Below, one piece after another: positions 38,061 through 46,686 of a DNA stretch of 64,000 nucleotides. Within the stretch, counting starts at the first letter, position 1. Every line of letters starts with the position of its first letter. The translations under genes and the position numbers were made by a program. Under the pieces are notes generated by a model. It made no database searches and had not been told where the DNA came from. It was given only the letters and a program-made list of their open reading frames with translations. Source of the stretch: an uncultured Bacilli bacterium (lineage in GTDB: Bacteria > Bacillota_I > Bacilli_A > RF39 > UBA660); assembly GCA_944359055.1 (NCBI GenBank), contig CALVSO010000005.1:184-64183 (forward strand). Direction: 5' to 3'.

Positions 38061-38969
38061 CTATCTTACCCTTTCAATTATTCTTAATTTAGCGCTTCTT
38101 GCACGATTATTATTGTTTAATTCTTCACTACTTGGATCAATATTACCAACTATCTTATATTTAGGTTGATATTCAAGTGGTATAATTGGTAAATTTTTCA
38201 AATTTTTATCTACTTTACTTACTTCATCAAATATTCTTTTACATATTTTATCTTCTAAAGAATGAAAAGTAATAACTTCAATTCTACCACCAACTTTAAT
38301 TAAATCTAATGCTTGTCTTAAACTTTTCTCAAATACATTTAGTTCATCGTTAACTTCAATTCTAATAGCTTGAAATACTTTTCTAGCTGGATGTTTTTCT
38401 TTTTTATAACTAAATGGTACATTTTCTTTAATTACTTCTGTTAATTCTAAAGTAGTTGTAATTGGTCTATTTTTAATAATACCTTTAGCAATGGATAAAG
38501 CATATTTTTCTTCTCCATATTTCTTAAATATATCAACTAATTTATTTAAATCATAATTATTAACTACATAATAAGCATCTAGTTCTTGGTCTTGATTCAT
38601 TCTCATATCTAATCTTGCATCTTGATGGAAACTAAATCCTCGTTCTTTTTCATCTAATTGTGGACTAGACACTCCTAAATCATATAAAATAGAATCAACT
38701 TCATTAATACTTAATTTATTTAATTCTTCCTTTAAATTAACAAAATTACTATTAATTATTCTATAATTTTTACCTATTTCTTTTAATTTTAAATCAGCTT
38801 TACTAATAGCTTCCTTATCTTGATCAAACGCATATAAATATCCCTTTTTTATTCTCTTTAATATTTCACTACTATGTCCTGCATACCCTAAAGTACAATC
38901 TACAACAATACTATCTTCTTTTAAATTTAAATTATTAATACATTCTTCTAATAAAACACTTATATGCAT
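38061..38969 (-). CDS. rsmH: 16S rRNA (cytosine1402-N4)-methyltransferase
   Basis: MHISVLLEECINNL...DCTLGYAGHS...DLGVSSPQLD.... Confidence 0.93.
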   Translation of the reverse strand: MHISVLLEECINNLNLKEDSIVVDCTLGYAGHSSEILKRIKKGYLYAFDQDKEAISKADLKLKEIGKNYRIINSNFVNLKEELNKLSINEVDSILYDLGVSSPQLDEKERGFSFHQDARLDMRMNQDQELDAYYVVNNYDLNKLVDIFKKYGEEKYALSIAKGIIKNRPITTTLELTEVIKENVPFSYKKEKHPARKVFQAIRIEVNDELNVFEKSLRQALDLIKVGGRIEVITFHSLEDKICKRIFDEVSKVDKNLKNLPIIPLEYQPKYKIVGNIDPSSEELNNNNRARSAKLRIIERVR

Positions 38970-38977
38970 AAATCACC

Positions 38978-39406
38978 TTAAATATTTGGAGCAAATAACT
39001 TATCAGCAATATCAGATATAGAATCTTCATTATCTAATAAGAACTGTTCAAATCTTTCTTTACTCCATATTTCTAATCTTTCATTTACACCGATTACAAC
39101 ACATTCTTTTTTTAAATCAGCGTATTTAATAAGTGGTCCTGGTATATTTAATCTTCCTTGTTTATCAAATTCACCAATAGTAGCACCTGATAAGAAAAAT
39201 CTTAAATAATTTCTAGCATCTTTAGTGTTTGGTAATTCTTTATATTTATTAGCAATATTATTCCATTCTTCTTTAGGATAAATAAATAAACAACCATCTA
39301 AACCTTTTGTTACAATAAATTGTTCACCTAATTCATATCTTAATTTTGATGGAATAGTTATTCTTCCTTTATCATCGATTGTATGATGATATTCACCCAT
39401 AAACAT
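38978..39406 (-). CDS. mraZ: Transcriptional regulator MraZ
   Basis: MFMGEYHHTIDDKGRITIPSKLR plus a second DxxGR repeat (FDKQGRLNIP). ATG at 39406 is preferred over the track's GTG at 39415. Confidence 0.92.
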   Translation of the reverse strand: MFMGEYHHTIDDKGRITIPSKLRYELGEQFIVTKGLDGCLFIYPKEEWNNIANKYKELPNTKDARNYLRFFLSGATIGEFDKQGRLNIPGPLIKYADLKKECVVIGVNERLEIWSKERFEQFLLDNEDSISDIADKLFAPNI

Positions 39407-39450
39407 AATTATCACCCACTTTTTGACACCTTATACCACTCTATACCAAT

Positions 39451-39479
39451 ATTTTACTCTTTTTATTAATATTTGTAAA
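39451..39479 (-). promoter_or_regulatory. Sigma-A type promoter of the mraZ operon
   Basis: TTTACA (39479..39474), 17-nt spacer, TAAAAT (39456..39451). Confidence 0.5.
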
Positions 39480-39500
39480 GATATATATGTAAAATTTTAC

Positions 39501-39527
39501 AAAATAAAAACTGATATTAAAATCAGT
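39501..39527 (-). terminator. Rho-independent terminator after the pilin-like/FGE gene
   Basis: Minus-strand ACTGAT-tttaat-ATCAGT followed by TTTTATTTTG. Overlaps the stop codon. Confidence 0.55.
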
Positions 39528-40914
39528 CGTTTGAAACTAATACTGCGCGAGTATTATCACTATCGCGCCCAACTCCTTCTCCACGAGAAAAAGCAAAAAT
39601 TCCAGCTTTATTGTTATACCCATAATATCCGCCACGAACAGCCCATGAATAATTAGCAATAACTATATTAGAATTATCTTCATACCAACAGCCCGGATAA
39701 CTACCAAAACTTTTTAACGTTTCTCTCATTCCATCACCAAGTTTACCTATTTTGTGATTTAAATCTTTAGTATTATATGAATATTTATCATAATATTTAT
39801 CTTCAATGTTTGAAGTAAAACCTGTTGCATTAATATAAAAATTGCCACTACTATTTACCATATTTCCCATTACATATTCATTAGCATTACCACTCATATC
39901 ATATATTCCATAAATATTTTGGGTTGTTGATTGATTAACATTATTTTTATATGCATTGGAAATTCCTCCGCCGGTATAATAATTACTATTTGAATTAATT
40001 GCCACTTCTACACATTTTCCATCTATACATGTTCCATATTTACTATGGGATAAATATGCTATTGCTCCCCATTCCATGTTCTTTATCATATGACTATCAC
40101 CATTTAATGAATAGGTTGTACTCATATTTTGAATTGCTGTAAAAAATGAGGAAACATTTGTATTCCTTAAACTACTTATATTAGGCTTAATCGTTATTTG
40201 ACTTGTGCTACCACTTACTTCAAATTTTCCTACCCAAAACCCGGTTAGTTCTTGTTCTCCAAATGTAAATGCCGGATGGGTATAAGTACTTGTCCCATTT
40301 ATAATACTTCCATTTGTTGAATCAGTACATGTTTCACTGATTGTCCCACTTCCACTTACAGCATCGACACATTTTACTGTTCCACTACTAGAATTTCCAC
40401 TTTCAAATTTTATTTGTATTTCTAATGGATCAACACTTCCATTATTTCCATTAAATATCGTATAAGTGTATCTTGGTATCCATACATACCATAAGGCTAT
40501 TTCATCTTCTTCTATTGTATCTCCTACATTTTTAGTAATTCCACTATTTAATACTATAACATTAGCCCATTCTTTTTTATCATAATCATACCATTCTTGT
40601 GATACATCAGCATATTTCCAATTACTTCCATCATAGTATACCGGTATCATATTATTTAATAATTCTGGACTATTTGCCCCACTATTGTCTTTATAAATTA
40701 TTTTTTCTTTTTCCAATTCATTTCCATATATTTTATTTAATACTTCTAATTTAAATTTATCTATTATTAATTTTCTACTCCCTAAAATTGCTAATATACT
40801 AAATATAAGTAGTAAAAATAATATCAATATTGAATATATTATACCTGATATTGCAAATCCTTTTTTATTTTGTAAATACCCCCCCCCAGTTTTGCTATTT
40901 GTTATTTTGCTCAT
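39523..40914 (-). CDS. Pilin-like N-terminal anchor fused to a formylglycine-generating-enzyme (SUMF1/FGE-sulfatase, C-type-lectin fold) domain protein
   Basis: The N-terminus NKKGFAISGIIYSILILFLLLIFSILAIL resembles a class III signal but has Gly at +5 where prepilins have Glu. The C-terminal half has EWGAIAYLSHSKYG, GIYDMSGNANEYV and AVRGGYYGY motifs typical of the FGE-sulfatase family. Confidence 0.7.
   Translation of the reverse strand: MSKITNSKTGGGYLQNKKGFAISGIIYSILILFLLLIFSILAILGSRKLIIDKFKLEVLNKIYGNELEKEKIIYKDNSGANSPELLNNMIPVYYDGSNWKYADVSQEWYDYDKKEWANVIVLNSGITKNVGDTIEEDEIALWYVWIPRYTYTIFNGNNGSVDPLEIQIKFESGNSSSGTVKCVDAVSGSGTISETCTDSTNGSIINGTSTYTHPAFTFGEQELTGFWVGKFEVSGSTSQITIKPNISSLRNTNVSSFFTAIQNMSTTYSLNGDSHMIKNMEWGAIAYLSHSKYGTCIDGKCVEVAINSNSNYYTGGGISNAYKNNVNQSTTQNIYGIYDMSGNANEYVMGNMVNSSGNFYINATGFTSNIEDKYYDKYSYNTKDLNHKIGKLGDGMRETLKSFGSYPGCWYEDNSNIVIANYSWAVRGGYYGYNNKAGIFAFSRGEGVGRDSDNTRAVLVSND
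40879..40887 (-). repeat. G9 homopolymer (C9 on the + strand) in codons 10-12 of the pilin-like/FGE gene
   Basis: AAA ACT GGG GGG GGG TAT (K T G G G Y). It is the only G/C run longer than about 4-5 nt that I found in the window. Confidence 0.95.
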
Positions 40915-40990
40915 ACTATCTAACTCCTATCATATATTTAGATTATATAACAATTTGTCATCAAATACAATAAATGTACTGAAATTTTAC

Positions 40991-41016
40991 AAAATAAAAA
41001 GAGGAACTATCCTCTT
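40991..41016 (-). terminator. Rho-independent terminator after the YjcZ-like ORFs
   Basis: Minus-strand AAGAGGA-tagt-TCCTCTT followed by TTTATTTTG. Confidence 0.55.
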
Positions 41017-41119
41017 AATTAAGACATGCACCTAAAATAATGGCTAATAAAATATATAATACTATTATAATAACATAACCGCTATTATTTTTGCATGTAC
41101 AGGTATTTTTTTCACACAT
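41015..41119 (-). CDS. Tiny transmembrane protein, YjcZ-like (34 aa), not in the ORF track
   Basis: Own translation: MCEKNTCTCKNNSGYVIIIVLYILLAIILGACLN, with GGAG 8 nt upstream of the ATG. Confidence 0.55.
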   Translation of the reverse strand: MCEKNTCTCKNNSGYVIIIVLYILLAIILGACLN

Positions 41120-41137
41120 AAATATTACTCCTTTATA

Positions 41138-41224
41138 TTAAATGTAAGCTCCAAGTATAATTATTAAAAGAATAAAAAGTACTAAAACGATAGCAGCACC
41201 AGAAATTCCGTTATTACAACACAT
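41138..41224 (-). CDS. Tiny transmembrane protein, YjcZ family-like (28 aa), not in the ORF track
   Basis: Own translation: MCCNNGISGAAIVLVLFILLIIILGAYI, preceded by GGAGGATG. The AAIVLVLFILLIIILG core matches the FALIVVLFILLIIVG core of Bacillus YjcZ-type sporulation peptides, as remembered. Confidence 0.6.
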   Translation of the reverse strand: MCCNNGISGAAIVLVLFILLIIILGAYI

Positions 41225-41366
41225 ATTAATCATCCTCCTTTTTGTCTTTTCACATTATTGTATGGGATTTTGAAAGTTTTGTGATAGATATTAAAAAAAT
41301 ATTGTTTTTTTTGTTTTATTTTGTTATAATTATTTTGCAAGTAATAAAAGAAAGGATTTAGAAAGT

Positions 41367-42353
41367 ATGAAGAAGAAATATTTATTACTATTATTATGTT
41401 TACCTCTTCTAGTTACTGGATGTAAATATGAGCCAAAATTAGTTGATGGTAAAGAAGTTGTTGTAGAATTGAATGGTAAACAATTTACCACAGAAGAATT
41501 TTTTGAAGAATTGAAAGATGTTAATGGAACAAGTGTGTTAATTAATTTAGTAAATAATTATATTACTGAACAAGAATTAACTGATGAAATGAAAAAAGAG
41601 GCTGAAGAACAAGCCAAAGCTGAATATGATTCATATAAAGCATATTATGGAAATGATTGGAATAATTTCTTAGCATATTATGGATTTAAAAATGATGATG
41701 ATTTAATAGAAAGTTTAGAAAACAATTATAAACAATCATTAGTTTTAGAAAAATATTTAGAAAGTGATGTTATTAAAGAAGAAGAAATTCAAGAAGAATA
41801 TGATAAAAACATCTATGGTGAAGCAACAATTAGACATATATTAATAAAACCTGAAGTTAATGATAACATGACTTCTACTGAAAAAGAAGAAGAAAAAAGA
41901 AAAGCATTAGAAGAAGCTACTGAATTAATTAAACAATTACAAGAAAGTAAAGATTTAGAAAAAGATTTTGCTAATTTAGCTAAAGAAAAATCAGATGATA
42001 CAGGTACTGCTAGTGAAGGTGGTTTATTAGAAAATATTACTAACGAAAGTAATTTAGTTGAAGGTTTCTGGGAAGCTGTTGAAAAATTAGAAGTTGGGGA
42101 AATGACCGCTGAAGCTGTTGAAACTGAATTTGGTTATCATATAATCTATAAAGTAAGTCAAAAAGAAAAACCTGCATTAGATGAAGTAAAAGATAAAGTT
42201 ATTGATAATTTAGTTGATGAATTATTAAGTGAAGAAAATGCTAGTATGGTTTATTGGGCAGGATTAAGAGAAAAATATAATATGGTTATTTATGATGAAG
42301 TAATCAAAGATTCATACGATTCTACAATGAAATTATATAAAAAAGATAAATAA
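41367..42353 (+). CDS. prsA: Foldase lipoprotein PrsA (parvulin-type peptidyl-prolyl isomerase)
   Basis: Lipobox LLVTGC. Parvulin core IRHILIK...FGYHIIYK. Confidence 0.85.
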   Translation: MKKKYLLLLLCLPLLVTGCKYEPKLVDGKEVVVELNGKQFTTEEFFEELKDVNGTSVLINLVNNYITEQELTDEMKKEAEEQAKAEYDSYKAYYGNDWNNFLAYYGFKNDDDLIESLENNYKQSLVLEKYLESDVIKEEEIQEEYDKNIYGEATIRHILIKPEVNDNMTSTEKEEEKRKALEEATELIKQLQESKDLEKDFANLAKEKSDDTGTASEGGLLENITNESNLVEGFWEAVEKLEVGEMTAEAVETEFGYHIIYKVSQKEKPALDEVKDKVIDNLVDELLSEENASMVYWAGLREKYNMVIYDEVIKDSYDSTMKLYKKDK

Positions 42354-42374
42354 AATATCTTTTTTTGTTTATAC

Positions 42375-42406
42375 AAAACCCTCTTTAAATTTTAAAGAGG
42401 GTTTTT
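42375..42406. terminator. Bidirectional terminator between prsA (+) and the M23 peptidase gene (-)
   Basis: AAAACCCTCTTTAAA / TTTAAAGAGGGTTTT perfect inverted repeat flanked by A and T runs. Confidence 0.75.
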
Positions 42407-42408
42407 AA

Positions 42409-43659
42409 TTAATAATTATTACTATATTTAGTTGTACGATCTGACCAATATACTCCTTTATTTGGAAAATTAATATTATATTCAGGTCTTAAGAATCCAT
42501 CACGTAATCCCCAAATATTTTCACTACCACCATTTTCAACACTAAATGGCTCATCTGATAATTCTAAATGTAAATGTGCACCAGTGGAACATTTATCCCA
42601 ATATTCTGTACCGCTATAACCACCCATAATCGCTATCTGAGTATTTTTGGTAACAACTTGCCCTTTTTGAACTAAAGCTTCTCTTAAATGCCAATATCCA
42701 CTAGTATAAAACTTTCCATTAATATAATGTTGAATATAAACTTTATTACCACCACATGAAGATGTATCACTATTATCTACATATACAACAAGTCCATTAG
42801 CAATTGGATATATTGGATAGTTTCTATAATTAGCCCCACTATCAGACATATCTAATCCATGATGAAATTCTTTATTTCCTGTTATTGGACTTATTCTCCA
42901 ACCTGAATAACCTGATATATAACCGGTTGGAATTGGACGCCACATAGTTGTATCTGGAGGTAAAATATTAGCAGCACATGATTCAATAGATTCATTATCA
43001 CTACAACCCAATGAGGAATATAATTCTAATTGTTCTTCTTTAATTTGTAATTGTTCTTCAATTGAGATAGCATCGCTATCTAGTTCTGATAATCTATCAC
43101 CTAACTTAGCGACTTCTATTTCTAAATCATCACGTTCATTATTTAAATCTATTTCTTCTTGCGCTAATTCTTCTGATTTCTTTTTACTTTCTTCTATATC
43201 AGCTTTATATTCTTCAACTAATTCATCATTGTATGAAGTTAATTGTTCAGAAACAGCTAAACGATAAATAAAATCAGTAAATGATTTTGCACCAAAAGCA
43301 TATTCCAAATAAGCATTTTCTCCATTAGCTAATTGAAAGAATAATAATATATCTTTTATTTCTTCTTCTTTAGCTAAAATATCTTTATTTAACTGTTCAA
43401 TTGTATTTTTTAAATCATATATATTTTTTTGAATATCAGTTATTCTTTTTCTTATTTCTGTTATTCTTACTTTTGTTTTTGAAATTTCTTCTTCTGTTAA
43501 TTGTTGTTGTAATTGATTATTTTTATATTCTTCTTTCAAGTCAGCTAATTCTTGCTTTAATTCTCCTAATGTTTTAGCTTCTACTTTAGGAATATAAAAA
43601 TTAGATATTAACAAACAACATATAAATATTATTTGAAAAAATATTTTAAATATTTTCAT
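42409..43659 (-). CDS. M23 family metallopeptidase with N-terminal coiled-coil (EnvC/LytM-like)
   Basis: Signal sequence, about 200 aa of coiled coil, then HHGLDM and GAHLHLE zinc-binding motifs. Confidence 0.85.
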   Translation of the reverse strand: MKIFKIFFQIIFICCLLISNFYIPKVEAKTLGELKQELADLKEEYKNNQLQQQLTEEEISKTKVRITEIRKRITDIQKNIYDLKNTIEQLNKDILAKEEEIKDILLFFQLANGENAYLEYAFGAKSFTDFIYRLAVSEQLTSYNDELVEEYKADIEESKKKSEELAQEEIDLNNERDDLEIEVAKLGDRLSELDSDAISIEEQLQIKEEQLELYSSLGCSDNESIESCAANILPPDTTMWRPIPTGYISGYSGWRISPITGNKEFHHGLDMSDSGANYRNYPIYPIANGLVVYVDNSDTSSCGGNKVYIQHYINGKFYTSGYWHLREALVQKGQVVTKNTQIAIMGGYSGTEYWDKCSTGAHLHLELSDEPFSVENGGSENIWGLRDGFLRPEYNINFPNKGVYWSDRTTKYSNNY

Positions 43660-43744
43660 TACCTACACCTTAACCTTCTATATAATTATACCATATTTTA
43701 GAAAGTTTTAAAATTAATTTTTTTTACTTTACAAAAAAACTAAA

Positions 43745-44158
43745 TTAGTTTTGTTCTAATTTAGCTAATATTTGTTTTATAACTTCGATTGTTTTTTCTT
43801 TTACTGAACTAGCTGCTTTTTCTAAAACAGGTGTACCTTTTTCTATTGCGTAATTTAACAATTCCTCAGCTTTAGTTTCAATATCTTTTGCTTTTTTCTT
43901 AGCAATTTTTAAAACTTTTTCCTTATCTAAATCTTCTAATTCAGCTTTAATTTCTTCTATTTTTGTTTCAACTGTTTCTTTTACTTCATCAACATCAATT
44001 TCTTTTGCTTTAGCTATTAATTCATCAATTTTTAACTTTAATTCTTTTCTTGTTTCAGATCCTTTTTTAGGAGCAAATAAAACACCTAATCCTGCACCAA
44101 TTCCTGCACCTAATAAAAATTTACCAAAGCCACTTTTTTTCTTACTCATCATTATCAC
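43745..44158 (-). CDS. YtxH domain-containing protein
   Basis: GKFLLGAGIGAGLGVLFAPKKGSETRKELK followed by a helical K/E-rich region. Confidence 0.8.
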   Translation of the reverse strand: MIMMSKKKSGFGKFLLGAGIGAGLGVLFAPKKGSETRKELKLKIDELIAKAKEIDVDEVKETVETKIEEIKAELEDLDKEKVLKIAKKKAKDIETKAEELLNYAIEKGTPVLEKAASSVKEKTIEVIKQILAKLEQN

Positions 44159-44429
44159 CTTTCTTTTTTCTATTAATTAGCCAACTAATACCATTTGATA
44201 TACCTGTAGCTATTTTATCACTAAAAGTATTTATGACATCAGTTGTATTGTCAATTATATCAAACAAACCATTTAATTTACTAACTTTATAATCAACATC
44301 ATCAACAATTTTATTTACTTTCTTTAAAGTTTTAATTAAATTAACCATTGCAACAGTTGTTGTTATTATTAGTATAATCAAAGAAATAAATAATATTACA
44401 ACAAATAGTTCTTTTAAATCGACAACCAT
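44142..44429 (-). CDS. DUF948 domain-containing protein
   Basis: 95 aa with an N-terminal TM helix and a helical region. Typical neighbour of YtxH genes. Confidence 0.65.
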   Translation of the reverse strand: MVVDLKELFVVILFISLIILIITTTVAMVNLIKTLKKVNKIVDDVDYKVSKLNGLFDIIDNTTDVINTFSDKIATGISNGISWLINRKKKGDNDE

Positions 44430-44431
44430 TT

Positions 44432-45061
44432 TTATTCTCCTTTCTCATACATACTATCGATTAAGTCAAATAATTCACTTTCAGTAATTGGTTTTTTGTC
44501 CATTGATTCAGCTACCATATTAGAATGTTCTTCTTCTTCAATAATATTAATTGGTTCTTCTTTATCAATTAATTCATCAAATAAATCATCATTGTCATCA
44601 TTAGGAACAACCAAATTATTGATTGTATTTTCTAATTCATCTTCTAAAGTACCATAAGCTTTTTTTCTTACTTCATCGATAGTGATTGTTGTATTAGTAT
44701 AATGTGTTTTTTTTGTTGGAGCTATGTCTTCTTTATTATAGTTTTTATCTAAAACACCATAAACAGGAGAAATAATTGGTGTTGGTTTAAAATGTTTTTT
44801 TTCTTCTTTTACTTTATTTTGTTCTTTTAAATAACTTGATTTTACTTCTTTTTTAGGTTGTTCTAGTTCTTTAAAATATGCATCATCAAAAAATATTGGT
44901 GCTGGTTTTTTCTCTTCTTTAATTTCCTTTTTTGGTTCTTCTTCTATTTTTTCTTCTTTCTTCTCTTTAACAGGAGCTGGAATTTCAACTTGAATAACTT
45001 CACTTTTTATAGGTTCCTCTTCTTCTGTAAATAAATTTTTGACTTTATCAAATAATCCCAT
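44432..45061 (-). CDS. Acidic low-complexity hypothetical protein with N-terminal amphipathic helix
   Basis: MGLFDKVKNLFTEEEE..., an E/K-rich linker, a PIISPVYGVLDKNY motif, and an acidic C-terminus ELFDLIDSMYEKGE. Confidence 0.6.
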   Translation of the reverse strand: MGLFDKVKNLFTEEEEPIKSEVIQVEIPAPVKEKKEEKIEEEPKKEIKEEKKPAPIFFDDAYFKELEQPKKEVKSSYLKEQNKVKEEKKHFKPTPIISPVYGVLDKNYNKEDIAPTKKTHYTNTTITIDEVRKKAYGTLEDELENTINNLVVPNDDNDDLFDELIDKEEPINIIEEEEHSNMVAESMDKKPITESELFDLIDSMYEKGE

Positions 45062-45062
45062 T

Positions 45063-45671
45063 TTATTCCACCTCTTCTTCTAGTTTCAAAAAATCATCAG
45101 TTTCTTTTTTAGAAGTAAATATATCATATTTTTCTTCACTTGCTAAAAAGTTATCATCTAACATTGCTTTTATAACATTATCATTAAACTTAATAGTTGA
45201 CAATATATATGTAGCATTTAAAACAATATCATTTATTTGTTCATACTCAGCTATTACTTCAATTTTTGAATAATTATACATAAATTCAATAAAATAACGA
45301 TCATCATCTTGTTTATTTATTTCTAAATATCCATCTTTATCATTTATAGAAATACTTTTTGAATAATAAGCATTTTCATTTACTTCATATTGTTGTACTT
45401 TATCATAATAATAACTTATTACATCAATATATAAATAATAATATATACCATTAGAATATAAAACATCATTATAATCATTTGTATCAATATAAGATACTCC
45501 TCTTGGAATATAGTATTTATAACCTTTACCAATATGATTATATAGTTGATTGTCTTTTGATAAAACTACATTAACAATATTATCAACACTTGATGTATCT
45601 ATTCTAACAACAGAACATCCAGTTAATAAAAGTAGCAAACAAAGAAGTAATACTTTTTTCATATGACTCAC
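45063..45671 (-). CDS. Hypothetical lipoprotein
   Basis: Lipobox LLLTGC. Tyr/Asn-rich mature part with no recognised domain. Confidence 0.65.
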   Translation of the reverse strand: MSHMKKVLLLCLLLLLTGCSVVRIDTSSVDNIVNVVLSKDNQLYNHIGKGYKYYIPRGVSYIDTNDYNDVLYSNGIYYYLYIDVISYYYDKVQQYEVNENAYYSKSISINDKDGYLEINKQDDDRYFIEFMYNYSKIEVIAEYEQINDIVLNATYILSTIKFNDNVIKAMLDDNFLASEEKYDIFTSKKETDDFLKLEEEVE

Positions 45672-45713
45672 CTACTCATATATATTATAACAAATTTTAC
45701 AATATTTTGGCAA

Positions 45714-46358
45714 TTAGTTTTTGTCAATTTTATGTATAACTTTTAATTTATATATAGGTAATCCAATAGATACAAATTTTTTTTCATACTCTGTTTGTAC
45801 ATTATCTAAATCTAAATCATCGTATAAATTTAATTTTACTTCTTCTAAAACATAATCTTTTTGACTTAAACTTACTAACGAATATTCAAACAAATTTCTA
45901 TTATCTGTTTTCATTTCTATTAAATAATCACCTTTAAATATTTTGCTATATTTATCTAAAAATATAAAACTTGTCAATCTTCTGTTTGCATGCTTTTTTT
46001 TAGGCCATGGATCAGAAAAATTTAAATATATTTTAGTTATTTCTTTATCAAATATTTCATCGATATAATTAGCATCAATACATATTATTTTTAAATTAGG
46101 TAAATTTGTATTTTCTAATTTTTTTAATGCACTTACTAAAACCGTTGGATATTTTTCAATACCAATAAAATTAATATCAGGATTTAATTTAGCTTTTTCG
46201 ATAATGAAATTACCTTTACCCATTCCAATTTCAATTTCTATTTTATTATTATTACCAAATAAATCATTAAATTTACCTTTATGATTAAAAGGATCACTAA
46301 TCAAATATGAACTTTGTTCTATTATATCTTGTGCACCTTTAATATTTCTTAATCGCAT
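45714..46358 (-). CDS. trmB: tRNA (guanine46-N7)-methyltransferase
   Basis: IEIGMGKGNF (SAM motif) and FSDPWPKKKHANRRL. ATG at 46358 (MRLRNIKGA) is preferred over the track start. Confidence 0.88.
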   Translation of the reverse strand: MRLRNIKGAQDIIEQSSYLISDPFNHKGKFNDLFGNNNKIEIEIGMGKGNFIIEKAKLNPDINFIGIEKYPTVLVSALKKLENTNLPNLKIICIDANYIDEIFDKEITKIYLNFSDPWPKKKHANRRLTSFIFLDKYSKIFKGDYLIEMKTDNRNLFEYSLVSLSQKDYVLEEVKLNLYDDLDLDNVQTEYEKKFVSIGLPIYKLKVIHKIDKN

Positions 46359-46431
46359 AACATCACCAAACATAATTATACACCATTTTTTTAATAAAGC
46401 ATATAATTAATTAGAACAAAGGAGGAAAATT

Positions 46432-46686
46432 ATGAAAAAAGATAGAGACTGTGGTATGCAATATTCTATGTATAGTCAAATGCCAATGATGCCAATGATG
46501 CCAATCCCTAACCAAATGCCTTTTCAACAAATGCCTAGTCAAATACCATATCAACAAATGCCTAATCAAACAAAGAATCAAGATTGGATGAATCAAATTA
46601 CTAACTTAGAAAAAAGAGTAACTGCTTTAGAAAATTTAGTTAACTCAAATAATCCTTACAATAATTCTAATTATCAAATGATGTAA
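46432..46686 (+). CDS. Small Q/P/M-rich low-complexity protein
   Basis: Strong RBS AAAGGAGGA 7 nt before the ATG. MPMMPMMPIPNQMPFQQMPSQIPYQQMPNQ is followed by a short helix NQITNLEKRVTALENLV. A terminator follows the gene. Confidence 0.6.
   Translation: MKKDRDCGMQYSMYSQMPMMPMMPIPNQMPFQQMPSQIPYQQMPNQTKNQDWMNQITNLEKRVTALENLVNSNNPYNNSNYQMM

Noticed and set aside
39492-39510. A 19-nt identical string AAATTTTACAAAATAAAAA on both sides of the pilin-like/FGE gene (39492..39510 and 40982..41000), each abutting a terminator hairpin
   Set aside because: By rough estimate, the expected number of chance 19-mers in 64 kb of this AT-rich, low-complexity composition is on the order of one. Both copies are simply the U-tract side of terminators. 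There are no inverted repeats, target-site duplications or mobility genes to suggest a cassette.
39523-40914. Diversity-generating retroelement targeting the FGE/CLec-fold C-terminus
   Set aside because: CLec/FGE folds are classic DGR variable-protein scaffolds. However, I found no reverse transcriptase, no template-repeat copy of the 3' end of the gene, and no accessory gene anywhere in the window.
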